Below are positions 14,151 through 27,888 of a DNA stretch of 64,000 nt, piece after piece. Made by a program: the position numbers and the translations under genes. Within the stretch, counting starts at the first letter, position 1; every line of letters begins with the position of its first letter. The notes under the pieces are model-generated. The model did not search any database and was not told the DNA's origin. It saw nothing but the letters and a program-made list of their open reading frames with translations. This stretch comes from Mytilus californianus (lineage: Eukaryota). The stretch lies in contig NW_026262648.1 in assembly GCF_021869535.1 (NCBI RefSeq), forward strand, positions 2,666,001 through 2,730,000, read 5' to 3'.

Positions 14151-14448
14151 AACAAGAATGTGTCCATAGTACACGGATGCCCCACTCGCACTATCATTTT
14201 CTATGTTCAGACCGTGAAATTGGGGCCAAACTCTAATTTGGCATTAAAATTAGAAAGATCATATCATCGGAAACATGTGTACTAGGTTTCAAGTTGATTG
14301 GAAGTTCAACTTCATCAAAAACTACCTTGACCAAAAACTTTAACCTGAAGCGGGACAGACGGACGGACGGACGAACGGCCGGACAAACGAACGGACGCGC
14401 AGACCCGAAAACATAATGCCCCTACTACTATCGTAGGTGGGACATACA
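14151..14448 (+). mobile_element. Pearl/HINE-type (Helentron-associated) non-autonomous element
   Basis: AACAAG start, one core unit, (GACG/GAAC)n microsatellite, 3' hairpin atgccccta...gtgggacat. Confidence 0.8.
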
Positions 14449-14677
14449 AAAATTCGAATGTTTATGTTATGTTTAATAACTTTTCTTGTATAACTTTTCA
14501 AAAGATCTTATCTCACCCTGTCACATCTTAAAAACGTATTTTTCCTTGCTGTAACTTTTGTTCTGATCATTTTCCGGAATTTTTGGTTCTAACCCTGTAT
14601 GTCATTTCCGGATCACTAAATGTATCGAAATTCTGTAGCTTATTCATTACTTACTTTCAAAATTGGTATAAAAGTAC

Positions 14678-14875
14678 CTTTTTTATAGAATTGTTTGGAA
14701 TATTCTCTCCTAAAAATTGATGACCACATTGGTGCTGTTTTCCACCCTCTGTCAGTTGCTCGACCTATTGCACTGCATGCACTGTCACTGACGCCAGGTA
14801 AATAACTCATATTCCCAATACAATTCTTTGAGGCATTCTTTTGTGATATTTTGTTTCCAAAATAATTTGCATTTA
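14678..14875 (-). CDS. Gene 1 exon 6: N-half of a second CTL-like domain (NASKNC...SYLPG...AC...PMWSSIFRR)
   Basis: tttag|TA acceptor, G|gtactt donor, 198 nt, phase 1-1; lies inside track ORF 14640..14945. Confidence 0.8.
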
Positions 14876-15007
14876 CTAAAAAATTAAAATAACACTTCGT
14901 AAATTGACTGCGTCCGAAGCGTTCTTTTTTTTTATTTACCTTCATCTGGAACGTTTAAAGCCAAATATTTGAAAGTCAGGGATAAATAAGTACCAGAACA
15001 AGAACAG

Positions 15008-15420
15008 AGCTATATGACCAAAAGGGACCTAAAAATAATAGCCGAATCCATCTAAGGTCCACTTTACCTGTGGGAGTTGGAACCCTAGTTTCTTAATAAT
15101 TTCTACATTTATAAACAGCTATATGACCAAAAGGGACCTAAATATAATAGCCAAATCCATCTAAGGTCCACTTTACCTGTGGGAGTTGGAACCCTAGTTG
15201 CTTAATAATTTCTACATTTATAAACAGCTATATGACCAAAAGGGACCTAAATATAATAGCCAAATCCATCTAAGGTCCACTTTACCTGTGGGAGTTGGAA
15301 CCCAAGTTGCTTAATAATTTCTACATTTATAAACAGCTATATGACCAAAGGGACCCTTAATATAATAACCAAATCCATCAAATGTCAACTTTGTCTGAGG
15401 CAGTTGGAACCTTAGTTTCT
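15008..15420. repeat. 109-bp tandem repeat, about 3.8 copies, inside a third-family hammerhead element
   Basis: Unit starts at 15008, 15117, 15226 and 15335. Confidence 0.95.
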
Positions 15421-15479
15421 TAATAATTAAAAATATACAAAAAAATCAGGGGTTGCGACCAAAGAGACGATTTTTTGTT

Positions 15480-16432
15480 TTAACATAAATCACTTCAAAC
15501 TTTTACTAAAAACCTTCATAGGTACAACGATTTGTTTTTGAAGTTTGGCTGTACCTACAGATTTAGTACGGGATATCAAATCCTTAATTTTACGGTAGTG
15601 ATGTTTATAAAGCACGTAATTCAAAAATGGTACATGTCAACTTATCGATCCTCTGAATGAACTAATTAATACAGGGTATCATTTTAACACCGTAGTTAGA
15701 TCTTTGAATTTGTTTTATCGGTACTGACATTGGTGTTGTTTTTGATAATTTCAAACATAACTAAATATCATGTATTGCTTTACATTTATGAAAACTTATG
15801 GTAATACATACTGTAAATATTATGAACTTATATTTTGGCATTCTGTTCTCACACTGTTTATGACGTTTGTACACTGAAGTCGTTGGATGTGTACTAATTG
15901 ATACTTAAAGAGTATGATTTATATATCAGTTGGCATTGGCTTTGCATTAGCTTTTATTAACTGTGATTACTATTAGATCCGTACGTTGTGTCTTCTGTCT
16001 TTAAGTTGGTTGCGTTTTTTTTGTACTTCGTGCCGAATAAAAACATGTCCAACTAATTTTACAGTTTTACCATTGTCACAGGTTGGGAAAGGGTGAAGCG
16101 CTCACAAACATATTTTACCCCCGTCACAATCTGTATGTGCCTGTCCCAAGTCAGGGGCTGACATGTAATTTCGTGGTTGTCGTTGGTTGATGTCAGTTTT
16201 TTTCTGTTTTTCGTTTGTTTATTGTTGGTTTTTTTTCTTGAATCAGACCGTTGTTTTTTGTGTTTTTTGTTTGTTTCAATATTTTCACATTTTAAAATGT
16301 CGGGCTTTTATGGCTGACTATATGTTTTGGTGTTTGCTTATTGTTGAAAATTGTTAATTTCTTAAATCAACATTATTTGGACTATCTTGGATTGTTGTCT
16401 CATTTGCAATAATTCCACATCTTATTGTATAT
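15480..16432 (+). mobile_element. Second Penelope-like 3' fragment with a decayed twister-like motif (about 16070-16180)
   Basis: Homologous to 49400-50395 by eye. Confidence 0.65.
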
Positions 16433-16731
16433 AGATGGACGACTTCAAAATATGCTCCGAGACAAACGTAATGAATTCAATTTCACCATTGCCAACAGTC
16501 CATAATAAATCCATCATATGATGTTTACATATCTGTATTGTTATGTTATGGATGTGCATATTCACATTATCCAGGCTTCCTTTTTTGTGTGTTCTAACAC
16601 AAAAGTCCTCCAGCATGGCTATGACGATGGACGATCAGATTTTAAGACGTGACTCGTTTGAGAGAATACGAATTGTAGTTCACACAGGCGACGTTAAATA
16701 ATATGATGCATATATTTCAAGTTCTACTTAC

Positions 16732-16866
16732 CACACACATTGTTAATATCGTAGTTTCCATCGCAAGAAACTGAAATAAGCGGACCTCTTTTATAGTGTG
16801 ATCCATTATTAGAACACATTGTTTTCACGCAGTTCCCTTTATTTTCATCAAATATGTTTACCAATG
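16732..16866 (-). CDS. Gene 1 exon 5: CTL-like C-terminal half (ENKGNCVKTMC...ISVSCDGNYDINNVC)
   Basis: ttttag|CA acceptor, G|gtaagt donor, 135 nt open, phase 1-1; NCV...C...C pattern. Confidence 0.85.
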
Positions 16867-18830
16867 CTAAAACAAAATCGATAACATTAATCTTTATTAT
16901 TTAAAACAAATCATTATTACATTGAAAAAGTATTATATAATGTACAACTATCCTACTGTTACAATACTATTTAAACAACACTGCACAAAACACATTCATA
17001 CAGAGTGTATACAAAGAACAGCGTTATAAAAAAAAATATCGTTTAAATGTCATACATGTAGTACATTAAAAATTTATATTGCGTTCTTACCATTTAATAG
17101 TAATACCGTTGGAAATACAGTTTTCTTTAATTTTCATGTTTTACACATGTTGCGTCTATACATTTGGACTTATAAGTATTTAGGCAAAATTATATAAATC
17201 TAAAATCTCATTGCGAAAACTTGTACTTTACAGCAGTACCAAAGTTAAGTTTTCAACTGGGGTTATTCTTCCATTTAGGTTCGAAGTTTGGGATACTTAA
17301 AATAAAGATTTATAAGACGGGCGTTCTACGTTTGCGCCAAGTTATCGTTCATTTGCTGCAATGTTTCGTCTACCCTCATTTTTCAAGGTTATATATGCTA
17401 CATGTCAAATGAACAAAAAAAAATTATTTGTGCCAATCTAAAAAGATATCGGAGTAACAATAGTATTCTGCATGATAAAAAAATGTCTTCATCTTTCTCT
17501 ATCTTGGGACGCGCTGGTAGAGTAAAATTGAAAACCATGCGTAGAATGTAAAACAGTGAAAAGCATGCAAAGTAGATAAGTTACTTTACCAATGGTTTAA
17601 ATTTCTATGGTTAAACTCGGTATTACAACACATAAGGCATTTCTCCTATTTTTCAGTACACTTTCACTGTGCATCGCCACGTTATTTCGCCACTTTCCTA
17701 CTAGACTCACTTTCCGTCATAAATAGGTACAATAATAGTGCAACTTTCCTTTGTTTGAGTCTGTTTTTAATCGGAACTTCCATCTGGACCTCTTAACGTT
17801 GCGCAACACATGAGGCATCTCTCCAATTTTTTCTGTTCACTTTCACGGTTCGAAATTAAAAGTTTGGTCTTACTGATATCCTTAGATGTGTTGCCGTATC
17901 CGGTTTGACTATTTCTTTTTTGTATACAAGATAATTTTTTTACAATATTTTTTATGATGAGCGATTTAGTCGAGTGTTGACTTCGTATGTTTTATTGTAT
18001 TATGTTTATTGGTGGTTTGAGGATGGTTAACGTTCTGTTAGTATGACTTGTAACGACCTGGATGTGGAAGTGGGTAGGCAAACGGTGGGCAAACGCTTAC
18101 ATTAATCTTTGTCGATATTTTTCTGGACTTCCTTCTTTACGCCATATCTCAAAATGGTGCTCCTAATAAAGTATATTTATACTGAGCATACATGACATTG
18201 TGGTATAGTAACTGTTTATTGCGTGCAAAAAAACACTCTTGGGAAGTGTTGTCGAGCTGGAGAAGTCTTGTAAAGCCTTATCTGGATTAAACTGAATCTA
18301 TATACCACCAAGAAATTGATATTCGGATTCGTACTCATTGGTCCCGTTTTTATTGCAGATTCATTCCTTTACTGTTGTTTGTCAAATTTTTATAGCAAAA
18401 CTTGTATTACCCGACGACACAACACTTAAAAGGGGGGATTGCAATATCTGCATACATTTGTACGATATATTCTGTGCAAACAAACTATGAAATCTTCTTA
18501 TTTTCATATAGATTTTTTTTATAATTTTATTATGCAAATGAAATTTCTCGGGTTAAAAAAATTTGGTTTTTTTTAAGTGAACAGTTTGGTGTTTATGAAT
18601 CTTTCATATACTTATATCTTGATGTTTCGTTTGGACACTTATATATTGTTGAATATGCTGTGTTTACATCTAGATGTCTTTATTACGTTATGTGTTATTT
18701 TGGGTTGCTATCTTATAGGCGTAAACCCTACATCTTGTTTTATTTATAACATCTAAAAGTTCAAAATGTTGAGATCGAAAACAGACCATACAATCCATTG
18801 GGTTTTTTCCTTCATAAAGGAAAGTGGGGT

Positions 18831-19025
18831 TAAACTTACCCTACAAGAAAAGTGTTTCACAGTGAAACTTACGCTACAAGGAAAGTGTTTCACAGTGAAA
18901 CTTGCGCTACAAGTCTTAGAAAAGTGTTTCTCAGTGAAACTTACGCTACAAGAAAAAAATGTTTCACAGTGAAACTTACGCTACAAGAAAAGTTTTTCAC
19001 AGTGAAACTTACGCTACAAGGAAAA
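18831..19025. repeat. 33-bp minisatellite, about 6 copies, each with the hairpin GTTTCAC-A-GTGAAAC
   Basis: agtgaaac at 18861, 18894, 18933, 18968 and 19001. Confidence 0.9.
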
Positions 19026-19576
19026 CGGGGTGCGTTGACAAGAGGCCGGAGACATTGGTAAGTATACCAGACTTAAAAGTCATATTTGTTTTTCGTAAAT
19101 TTTTTTGTAATTAACTAGGCCGTTAGTTTTCTCAATTGAATTGTTTCATATTTTTCATGTCGACTATACGGTATGGGTTTTTCTCATTTTTGAAGGCCGT
19201 ACGATAGCCTATAATTATTTACATCGACTTCATTTGAACTTCGGTGGATAGTTGTCTCATTGGCAATCATACCGCATCTCCTTATTTTGATATATTTTTT
19301 TAAAGTACTAGTATATAAATCATTATATGCATAAATAAACTATCCGTCTGTTACACTTGTACTTGATTTAGTCCCCTCTTTTTTCAACTTAACTCCTTGA
19401 TAGGATGTTCGTACATCATGTCTAACTTATCTGAGGGCAAATTGGCAGTTTATTTCCCATCGAGCAGAGTAATGCGACACGAAGAATCAATTATTATAGA
19501 GTAGCTCTATGTTATTCATTTTCCTTTTGTGAACAACCAAGCTGTACTTTTCAAAAGGTACACATTTACGACTTAC

Positions 19577-19667
19577 TTAAAGTTTGAAATACAACACTGC
19601 CGCATATATCTGGACCTTTTCTGTATGGCGGGTTTGTAAATCCTGGTAGACATTTACATTCTGTTTT
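19577..19667 (-). CDS. Gene 1 exon 4: second half of the WSC-like module (KTECKCLPGFTNPPYRKGPDICGSVVFQTL)
   Basis: tttag acceptor, A|gtaagt donor, 91 nt, phase 0-1, which exactly bridges exons 3 and 5; CxC...CG motif. Confidence 0.85.
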
Positions 19668-20399
19668 CTAAACACAAAGGAAATATTTAAAAAATAATGT
19701 TTGTTAAATAATTTGTTGAAATGCTCTTACTTAAAACTTACCTGTTCATTTTACTAAAGTGTCAACATACATGAAAACCTAATTCGGTGGTAACTAATTT
19801 TCTTGCAAGAAGTCAATGTTAATATGTTGATTTCATGAACAACGTCTTGGTTTTTTTTTCATAACTCAACTTACTTTGTTTAAAAAATACCCGGTGTTTT
19901 CATGTTTTCCAACACTATAACTTAAGGTTATTTTTAAATCTGAACTAAATTATACCTTTCATCAATTAAATATATAAAAAAAAATACAGGTTTGTATATC
20001 ATTTTAATTAAACCAACTTAGATGGTAATGTTGAATAGTTTTACAGTCTTGTAATGACTCATCAAAGATACCAGGCTTATAATTGTGTGTATGCCAGACG
20101 AGCGTTTTGTCTACAAAAGACTCATAAAAAATAATAAAAAATGATCAAAATTGGTAAAGCGCCCTATATAAAAAATAAAAATTACTCTAAGGCGCTGTAC
20201 ATGCAGCAGGGTAATTAAAACAAATCAAAGAGAAAAACACAAAACATACAATATATCAGATACAAATACTGAAATAAAAATACAACAAAAATGCTTACCA
20301 TAGAAATAAGGTCAATACGGAAATACATATTAAAATTAAATAATAAAAATTTAACAATCTTGTCTAAAAATCATGCCAAACAGGCAGAAACCCTAAACA

Positions 20400-22790
20400 G
20401 GAATACAAAATATTGCATTAAAAGTAGATACAAAACAAGTAAAAACCCGTTCAAAAAAATGCCCAATCAAATTGTCTTTCACCGTACGTCTCCGTCCGCA
20501 CTTTTGGAACGGTAAGTAGCTGTGTAGAGCTTGAACGGAGAGATCGATGTGGCACGTATATGTTGACTAGTTCCCGATTGTAAGCAGGGCCGATGCCATT
20601 CAAAGCACAGTACACATAAATAAGTATTTTGTATTGTGGTCTGTATTGGACGGGTAACCAATGCAAATAGGCAAGTATCGGCGTAATATGTTCATGTTTC
20701 CTTGTCCTGGTGATAAGACGGGCTGCTGTACTTTGTACTTTTTGTAGTCTGTTCATTGTAGTCTTGTTGATACCGTACAGCAGAATATTCCCGTTATCAA
20801 TATAAAATAAAAAGATGTGGTATGATTGCCAATGAGACAACTCTCCACAAGAGACCAAATGACACAGAAATTAACAACTATAGGTCACCGTACGGCCTTC
20901 AACAATGAATAAAACCCATACCGCATAGTCAGCTATAAAAGGCCCCGAAATGAAAAATATAAAACAATTCAAACGAGAAAACTAACGAGATTTATGTACA
21001 AAATAATGAACGAAGCACAAATATGATATGCATCAACAAACGACAACCACTGAATTACAGGCTTCTGACTTGGGACAGGCACATACATAATGTGGGAGGG
21101 GTTAAACTAGTTTGAAGGCGCGCCAACCCTCACCCTAACCTGGGACAGTGGTGTAACAGTACAACATAAGAACAAACTATAAAAATCAGTTGAAAAGGGC
21201 TTAACTCGTCAGATCTATACAAAGCAGAAATACATCTAACAAAAACACAGAGTGGACGTGGCAGGGTACTTATACATCCCCACAACAAAAAAACACTTAA
21301 TACAGATCTGAGAGTACTCGCAGTTACTGACAGCTAGTTCAAAGCCAATAACAACAAATAATAAAAACCATGCATCTAAGACTAAAATATGTCTTATCTA
21401 AAGTCTGGATGTTACTAGACAGTTCACTAGACAGTTTACTAGTGTCTTGCATGCGGCTGTTGTTGTAAAGCTGCGAGTGCGTCCAATATTACTGAAACAG
21501 ATGCGAAAATGACAAGATTTTACTATGGCAGATACTTATCGTTCCATCGTAAGATGTTTATCAAAATATACTCCTAGGTTTTTCACGCATGATATGCTAC
21601 TTATCACAGTATTGCCGACTTTGAGTTGAAATTTGGTACACTTGCTTCAGATGTTTCGGTGTGAATAAAAATTATGATAAATAAGTTCGGTTTTATTTTG
21701 ATTAAGTTTTAACATATTTTTTGACATCCGTGAACTAATATCGGAACGACACAGTTCGAGTTTTGAAAAGTAATTCTCCCAATTGTCTAGCGGCTTGAGG
21801 ATACTTGTGTATCGTCCGCATAGCAGTGATATGTCATACCATGACGATGGCATATTTCACCAATTGGCTTCGAGAAATAGCTTCGACAGTATAATTTCGG
21901 GCCGAGCATGGAACCTTGTGGAACACCGAATGTAAGATGACATTTCTTAGATGTAGTTGTTCCAATCGCTACACGCTGATGTCTATCCGTTAAATACGAT
22001 TTAATCCACTCAAGAGCGCAACCAGTTATGCCATACGCAAATGACAGACGTTCCAGAAGAAATCTGTGATCTATGACATCGAATGCAGCGGAAGGGTCCA
22101 AGAGCACCAATACCGCTGACGACTGTTTATCTTAAGCCGCATTATCGTGATGTACTCTAGCTAATGCAGTTTCAGTTGAATGACGTGGTCTGTATGCGGA
22201 CTGAAGTGGATCACACAATGAGTTAGTCTAAGAGTCCAAATGAACATCTAGTCTCTTATCAACTACCTTTTCGAGAAGTTTTGAAATAAAAAGTAAATTA
22301 GACACTGGTCTGTAGTTTTTAAAAAATTCTGAATTAAGTCCGTATTTTTTAAAAGGAGGTCTCACAAGAGCCTGTTTGAAGTTTAACGGCACGATTTTCT
22401 CATCAAAGGATGCATTGACGATATCTGAAATTAGTAGCACTACAGCATCGGAACACTGTTTCAATAGGTTCGACGGAACGGGATCAAGCTCGCAGGACTT
22501 GCTCGGTGCCTTTTGAATGGTAGTTCGTATCTCATTATTGGTTGTGTGTTTGAATGACAACAAAGGTGTGCCAGTGAATTCAAGATCAGCATGTAGAAAT
22601 GCGATATTGTCACAATTCACCTCGTTTTGGTCTCTTAGTCCATCTCTTATTGTTACAACTTTATTGACGAAAAAATCAGCAAATGAGTTTGACAGTTCAA
22701 CATCCGAGTATGAACTTGGCAGAGGGTTTTGTTGTTGTTTACCCATATGATGTTTTGTTAGTTTAAATAACTGTTTGTTCATCAGTGACG
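20400..22790 (-). mobile_element. Decayed L2/CR1-group LINE, reverse transcriptase and C-terminal region
   Basis: KNYRPVSNL..SKLLEKVV, LLD.SAAFD, GVPQGS.LGP, YADDTQ, LKLN..KTE, RLQKVQ..AAR..T, LHWLP; frameshifted; interrupted by a repeat at about 20800-21395. Confidence 0.92.
21046..21152 (-). ncRNA. Putative type-P5 twister ribozyme, family 1, mutated (in a repeat nested inside a LINE)
   Basis: ACCACUG/CAGUGGU closing stem and UGUCCCAAGUCAG loop are intact; GCC is replaced by UCCC and CAGG by CAGA. Confidence 0.55.
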
Positions 22791-23403
22791 CTCCAATCAA
22801 AAAAGTTTTAAAAGAGGCCAAACCCTTCGTATTTCGAACAATAAACCAGATAATAACCGTATAACCTGGGATTTTCTTTTAAAACTTACGACAGCAACCG
22901 TATTACAAAGAAACAATAACATTTAAAAAACTTGATATCTTAAGACTTTATCTGGTTTAACCCCAACACATTGTGTGACTGTACCAAGACAAGCTATCTT
23001 AACCATATGTTGTTCGTTGTTGCGTTAATTTGTACATCTATTTTCTTATATTTTTTTGTAGGAATCGGATATTTTTTATATTCCTGTTATCCTGTTTATG
23101 TATAATTATCAGCATATTTATATCTATAGACCTATATCCACTCACACACACTCAAAATTAACAGATCATCTATCATAGAAGAGATTGTTTTTCCTTTCCT
23201 CAAACTGATAACAAATGTCGAATAATTATACTGTATCAATTTCAATCAACAATCTATTTTTCTACACCGGAATATTAATTGTCTACGGAAAACATCGAAA
23301 TATTAAGTTACAGTTTTGTAAGGATGTTTCATTCATCTCCGTACTAAATATACATTTGTTCTTATTCATAGAAATACAGAATGAAAAAGTATAATGCTTT
23401 TAC

Positions 23404-23513
23404 CTTGTATGAAAAAAACGATATTTCTTTACTTTGACAAAGATGATGACAGTCTCCTAATGTTTCTTTATAATAAACTGGTTTTTGTGAATATGGAGTC
23501 ATCTCATGGCAAC
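23404..23513 (-). CDS. Gene 1 exon 3: first half of a WSC-like module (GCHEMTPY...GDCHHLCQSKEISFFSYK)
   Basis: aag|GT TGC acceptor, AAG|gtaaaa donor, 110 nt, phase 1-0; GC...C-x3-C...FF pattern. Confidence 0.8.
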
Positions 23514-25256
23514 CTTTAGGTAAAGATTAAGAATTAAATAAATGCTAAAATAATAGTATACAGATATATAGAAAAGAACTATTTGATAAATACATAAATT
23601 TTATCCTGTAATCGGCCACTATTGTACAAATAACAGGTACACAAATAATATTTTGCTTAACTTGTTTTTCGTTCATTGGTTTTTTTTTAAATTTTTTGTC
23701 ATAAATTAGGCCGTTAGTTATACATTTGTCATTTCGGGGTCTTTTATAGCTGACTATGCGGTATGGGTTTTGCTCATTGTTGAATGCCGTACAGTGACCT
23801 ATAGTTGTTAACTTCTATGTTAGTTGGTCTCTGGTGAAGAGTTGTCTCATTGTCAATTATACCACATCTTCTTATTTTTATATTGTACAAATAAAGTATC
23901 CTGTTATTCTGCTTCCATGTTGAGCAAGCGGTAATGTGAATATTTCTTATTGCGTAACAGCTCATTCTGAGGTCCTCTTCGCGGTCCGCGTTTAAACTAT
24001 GTCAATATCTGTGAAAAATCAGAGACAACTATTTGGATTTAAACAACTAAAGCTACAAGTGTCAGATTAAATTGCAGGACAAAAACAATATAATTTATGT
24101 ACATTATCGGAAATATAAAATTTATTTGTACTCGCTACGAAATAGGAGAAAAGCTCGGCGAGCATCGCTTTTCGTCCTGCTTCTACAGCTCATACAAATA
24201 AATCTTTGGAATAAAAATGTAGATACATGACATCAACATTAAATTTCTTCAACAAAGTTGTATTATTGTAAAACACATCATATTGTAATAGGACTAAAGT
24301 ATATGCGATACATAAAATATTTTGACCTTATCTTTATATAAGAATACGAACCCAGTAGAATATCTGGTAAACAATTCAGCACAACATAAATTCTTGCAAT
24401 CTTACAATAGGACTAGGTAATTGGAAAAGCCAAAATACAGCTGCATGTGCTAATCAAATATTGGGTTTCAAAGGAATTTATTAACGCGTTACTGAAAATA
24501 GGACAATTGAATTACAAAATTTGGTTGCGTACATGTATTTTAAACAAAAATGTTCAGCTATTACCGAAATGTAAAAGAATGTCCACATTATCTCTCAACA
24601 TGAGTAAATATAAACAGCCGCCTCATCTTAATTTATAACGAATTGAATATTTTTGGTGAAATTGAAAACATTTTTATATGAATAAATAAGATTTAAGATT
24701 AACGCCAATATTGCAGCAACGGAACAATACAAGTTCATCAAAATGGACAAGAGGTCGTTTTAACGATGATATGGGATATCAATCCAAGACACAAAATCAG
24801 TACATGCACTGCAAATAACACAAAAAGTAAAGGAACTGCACACATTATCACTACGAGTTAAAAAAAACTGTATGCAAAATCAACAGATATGATTTGATAG
24901 ATAGCCGACACCAATATAATCAAATAATACATAAAGTGGATATTATATTAACATGAGGAAAATCTGACATCGTGTTGATAGTACTATACGGCGTACTATC
25001 CCTCTTTTATTTCACTGGTTGAACAAAAACAAAATTACAATTATAGTTGAGCAATAAAGATGAAAAAATGCACTTAATCAACTATAGGTAACACACAATA
25101 CTGAATGATAACTAAATACACTAGTAAGGTATTATTATATCTATATTATGATATAGACTGCACATGCCATTTTAGAATGTTACATATATATATATATATA
25201 TATATACATAAATTATACATATAAATTTGCATATATATCTGCTAAAATTATGGTAC

Positions 25257-25436
25257 CTAGATTTTCTATCCAAGAAGTCTTAAAAGTTGCCTCCGGAAGC
25301 CAAAATTCCATGCTGTTACTTGATATATAGTGCTGCTTTAAGATTGTAACATTACTTTCTATGACTGATAGTTGCATTTTACATGTTTCCATTGCTTGTT
25401 TCCACGTTCCGAGCTGAAATTCAAATCCAAGCGTGC
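25257..25436 (-). CDS. Gene 1 exon 2: N-terminal half of a C-type-lectin-like domain (TWKQAMETC...FWLP...SWIENLG)
   Basis: ttttag|GC acceptor, G|gtacca donor, 180 nt open, phase 1-1; has the W-x2-A-x3-C and downstream FW/WI motifs typical of CTL N-halves. Confidence 0.85.
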
Positions 25437-25688
25437 CTAAAAAATAATTATAATGTATAATTTCTAAATTATCTACAGGAGTGTTGAGTAATTATGCAAA
25501 ATGTAATGAATGACAGACCAATAAAGAGGTCAAACTATAAATTAACATAATTGGATGCGAGATTGGGACCATTCTTAGGTTATAAGCTAGTAAACTATAT
25601 CTAATATGAAATAGCACTACATTATCTTGTCAATGGTCATGTGTCATTTATTTTACTTAACATATATATATTCGAATCAAATGCTCAC

Positions 25689-25743
25689 CATAGTTATAGA
25701 TAGTAACACTTAGTAAAACAATGGTCCAGTCTAATGGCAACAT
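25689..25743 (-). CDS. Gene 1 (CTL/WSC-like receptor) coding exon 1: signal peptide MLPLDWTIVLLSVTIYNY(G)
   Basis: ATG at 25743 lies 7 nt after a ttttacag acceptor; hydrophobic N-terminus; donor G|gtgagc, phase 1, which matches the next exon. Confidence 0.8.
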
Positions 25744-26243
25744 TTTCCCCCTGTAAAATTAATGATAATGCTGTTAACGTATTTCATTTCTACATGTATC
25801 TATGAACACATATATAGAGTCGTGGCAAGACAATGCAGCATCTACAATGCCATAAAAATTATTACTTCTTAAATTCAAAATCAAAATAAAAATTGAAGTT
25901 TTTTGTTAAAGAATAATAAAACCTTGTTCTGTCACAATTGTAACTTGATTGTCAACCTATTCGAAATCACCACCGAACCAATAGGGACATCCACTTTTGT
26001 GGAAATATCATAGGTTTGTCATGATGACCAATTTGAACAAGTTTTGATGAAATGTATCAACATGATTTCGGTTGAATTTTACATTCAAACCTTATTTCCT
26101 TTAATAAAGATGCAGTATCGAATATAGTAATGTATATAAGCTTTTTGTGAAAATACAATCAAGACGTTCTCCTCTGACACTTCAATGCAGGCATGCTAAG
26201 ATAATACAATGGGTAACAGTGTAGCATTTTGAATGAGACTTAC

Positions 26244-26282
26244 AATGCATTTTTAAGGGATGGTGTTGCATTTTTCCATACA
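26244..26282 (-). other. Possible upstream (5' UTR or N-terminal) exon of gene 1
   Basis: ttattacag acceptor and gtaagt donor flank 39 nt; the ATG exon downstream begins with an acceptor, so an upstream exon is required. Confidence 0.3.
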
Positions 26283-27888
26283 CTGTAATAAAAGTGTCTA
26301 TTAGAAATTTACAATTAAAACTACTTACAGTAACTGAAATCAAATGAAAGAGGTTTCTAATATTGAAACAGTGACTTCATACTGCAGACCTATATATTTG
26401 TTAGAATAACATCATATTATAAAATGGACATGAAAATGGAATGGCAAAACTTGTTCAACTGTTTACCATTATATTGTGACATATTGAATATTATAATCAA
26501 AGTAGTAAAATCAAAAATTCAGTCAATAATAGTTTGACAATTAAGAAAATACGTATGACTTAATATATACAAAATGTAGAATACACCAATACTTTCAAGC
26601 TATTAAATACCGAGGCAAAAAAAAACAATAATTATTATCAATTTACATTGCAAGATTCAATGCAAATAACTATAATAATTTTAGTATACTTATAATCGAA
26701 CGAATGGTGTACTCACTTGTATATGTCTATTTAGTCATTTAAATGAAAACTGGTTTTCAATTTTCTGATAAGATAAAATCAAATTTCAGTATCTAAAATT
26801 ATCCAAACATTGTTAATTTGCATAGTTTCAATGTTATGTCTGTTTTGAAGGTAATTTTCCCATTTCTGTAATGAACTAGGAAGTTTTAATACGATAAATT
26901 ACACACAAAAAAAAACACAACTTGCGGATTCGTTCGAGTAAAAAATCAAACGACATCTTCTGGTTACCATTCAACCTTTATCAATAGACACTATATCTAT
27001 TAAAATAGTCAGCCCATTAGATCAGTTCTTTTGAACTGGAAAAAAGTGCGGATGCTGTTTTTATCCAGAAATTTGAAGTGACATAATTTTTTTAGTTTGA
27101 AATTCAGGAATGTATCTTCCTCATACATAACATTGATTACCTGTCAGGGCTTGGCTGAACATTTTCGGTTATATCAGATCATAAGTAACAGAAATTATCA
27201 AAGATCATCCAGAGATACCAGATCTCCTAAATGACTAAAAATAATTTAGATAAAAAAAAACCACTGACGAGGATCCAGATATAGGACGGCTCAATACTTA
27301 TATGTGGAGGGGTTAAACTAGTTTTTTCTATCTACTTTGTTATGAATAAGAATGTTTTTAATTTTCTTCTGGTGTTTGTTTTAAACTAATTAAACAGTGT
27401 AGATTTGGAGTAAACGACAATTGAACAGAAACTGATCATGACAGGTAAATAAATATAGAAATTAAGAGGTCGCCATACAGCCTTCAAAAAAGAAATAAGC
27501 GGTTTTTGATAATCATATTTCACATTATTGTACTCGTATTTACAATATTTCGTAATCAAATTTCACATTATATATAATCACACGCATGTACGATATTTCA
27601 AAAGAAGACGAGAGTATATTTACAAATACAATCTCTTTTGAAAAATCAACTTTCAACAATTGATTATGTACATGTGATGTAACTTTTTACTATTATTTTG
27701 TAAAAATGTTATAATTTTTTTTGTCAGTTTTATTTATACATGTAGTTTTTTAATTAAAAATATTCCAGCTGTGTATTTTTTTAATCAGTATTTTTTATGG
27801 GGTAGGTGTGTATATTTCAATTGTGAGAAGAATTGTGAAAAAAACAAATCTGAAAACCTAATAATATTTAGGAAACTAATACCCTGGG

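Noticed and set aside
16422-16622. ORF just downstream of gene 1 exon 5, considered as the next exon
   Set aside because: A much better exon exists at 14678-14875; CTL-like motifs here need frameshifts and the 3' end runs into a repeat.
18831-19025. CRISPR-like palindromic repeat array
   Set aside because: Units are contiguous with no unique spacers, the context is eukaryotic and there are no cas genes.
24300-24900. Hydrophobic minus-strand fragments resembling multi-pass membrane helices
   Set aside because: Multiple stops and no family motif; T-rich strands yield such peptides by chance.
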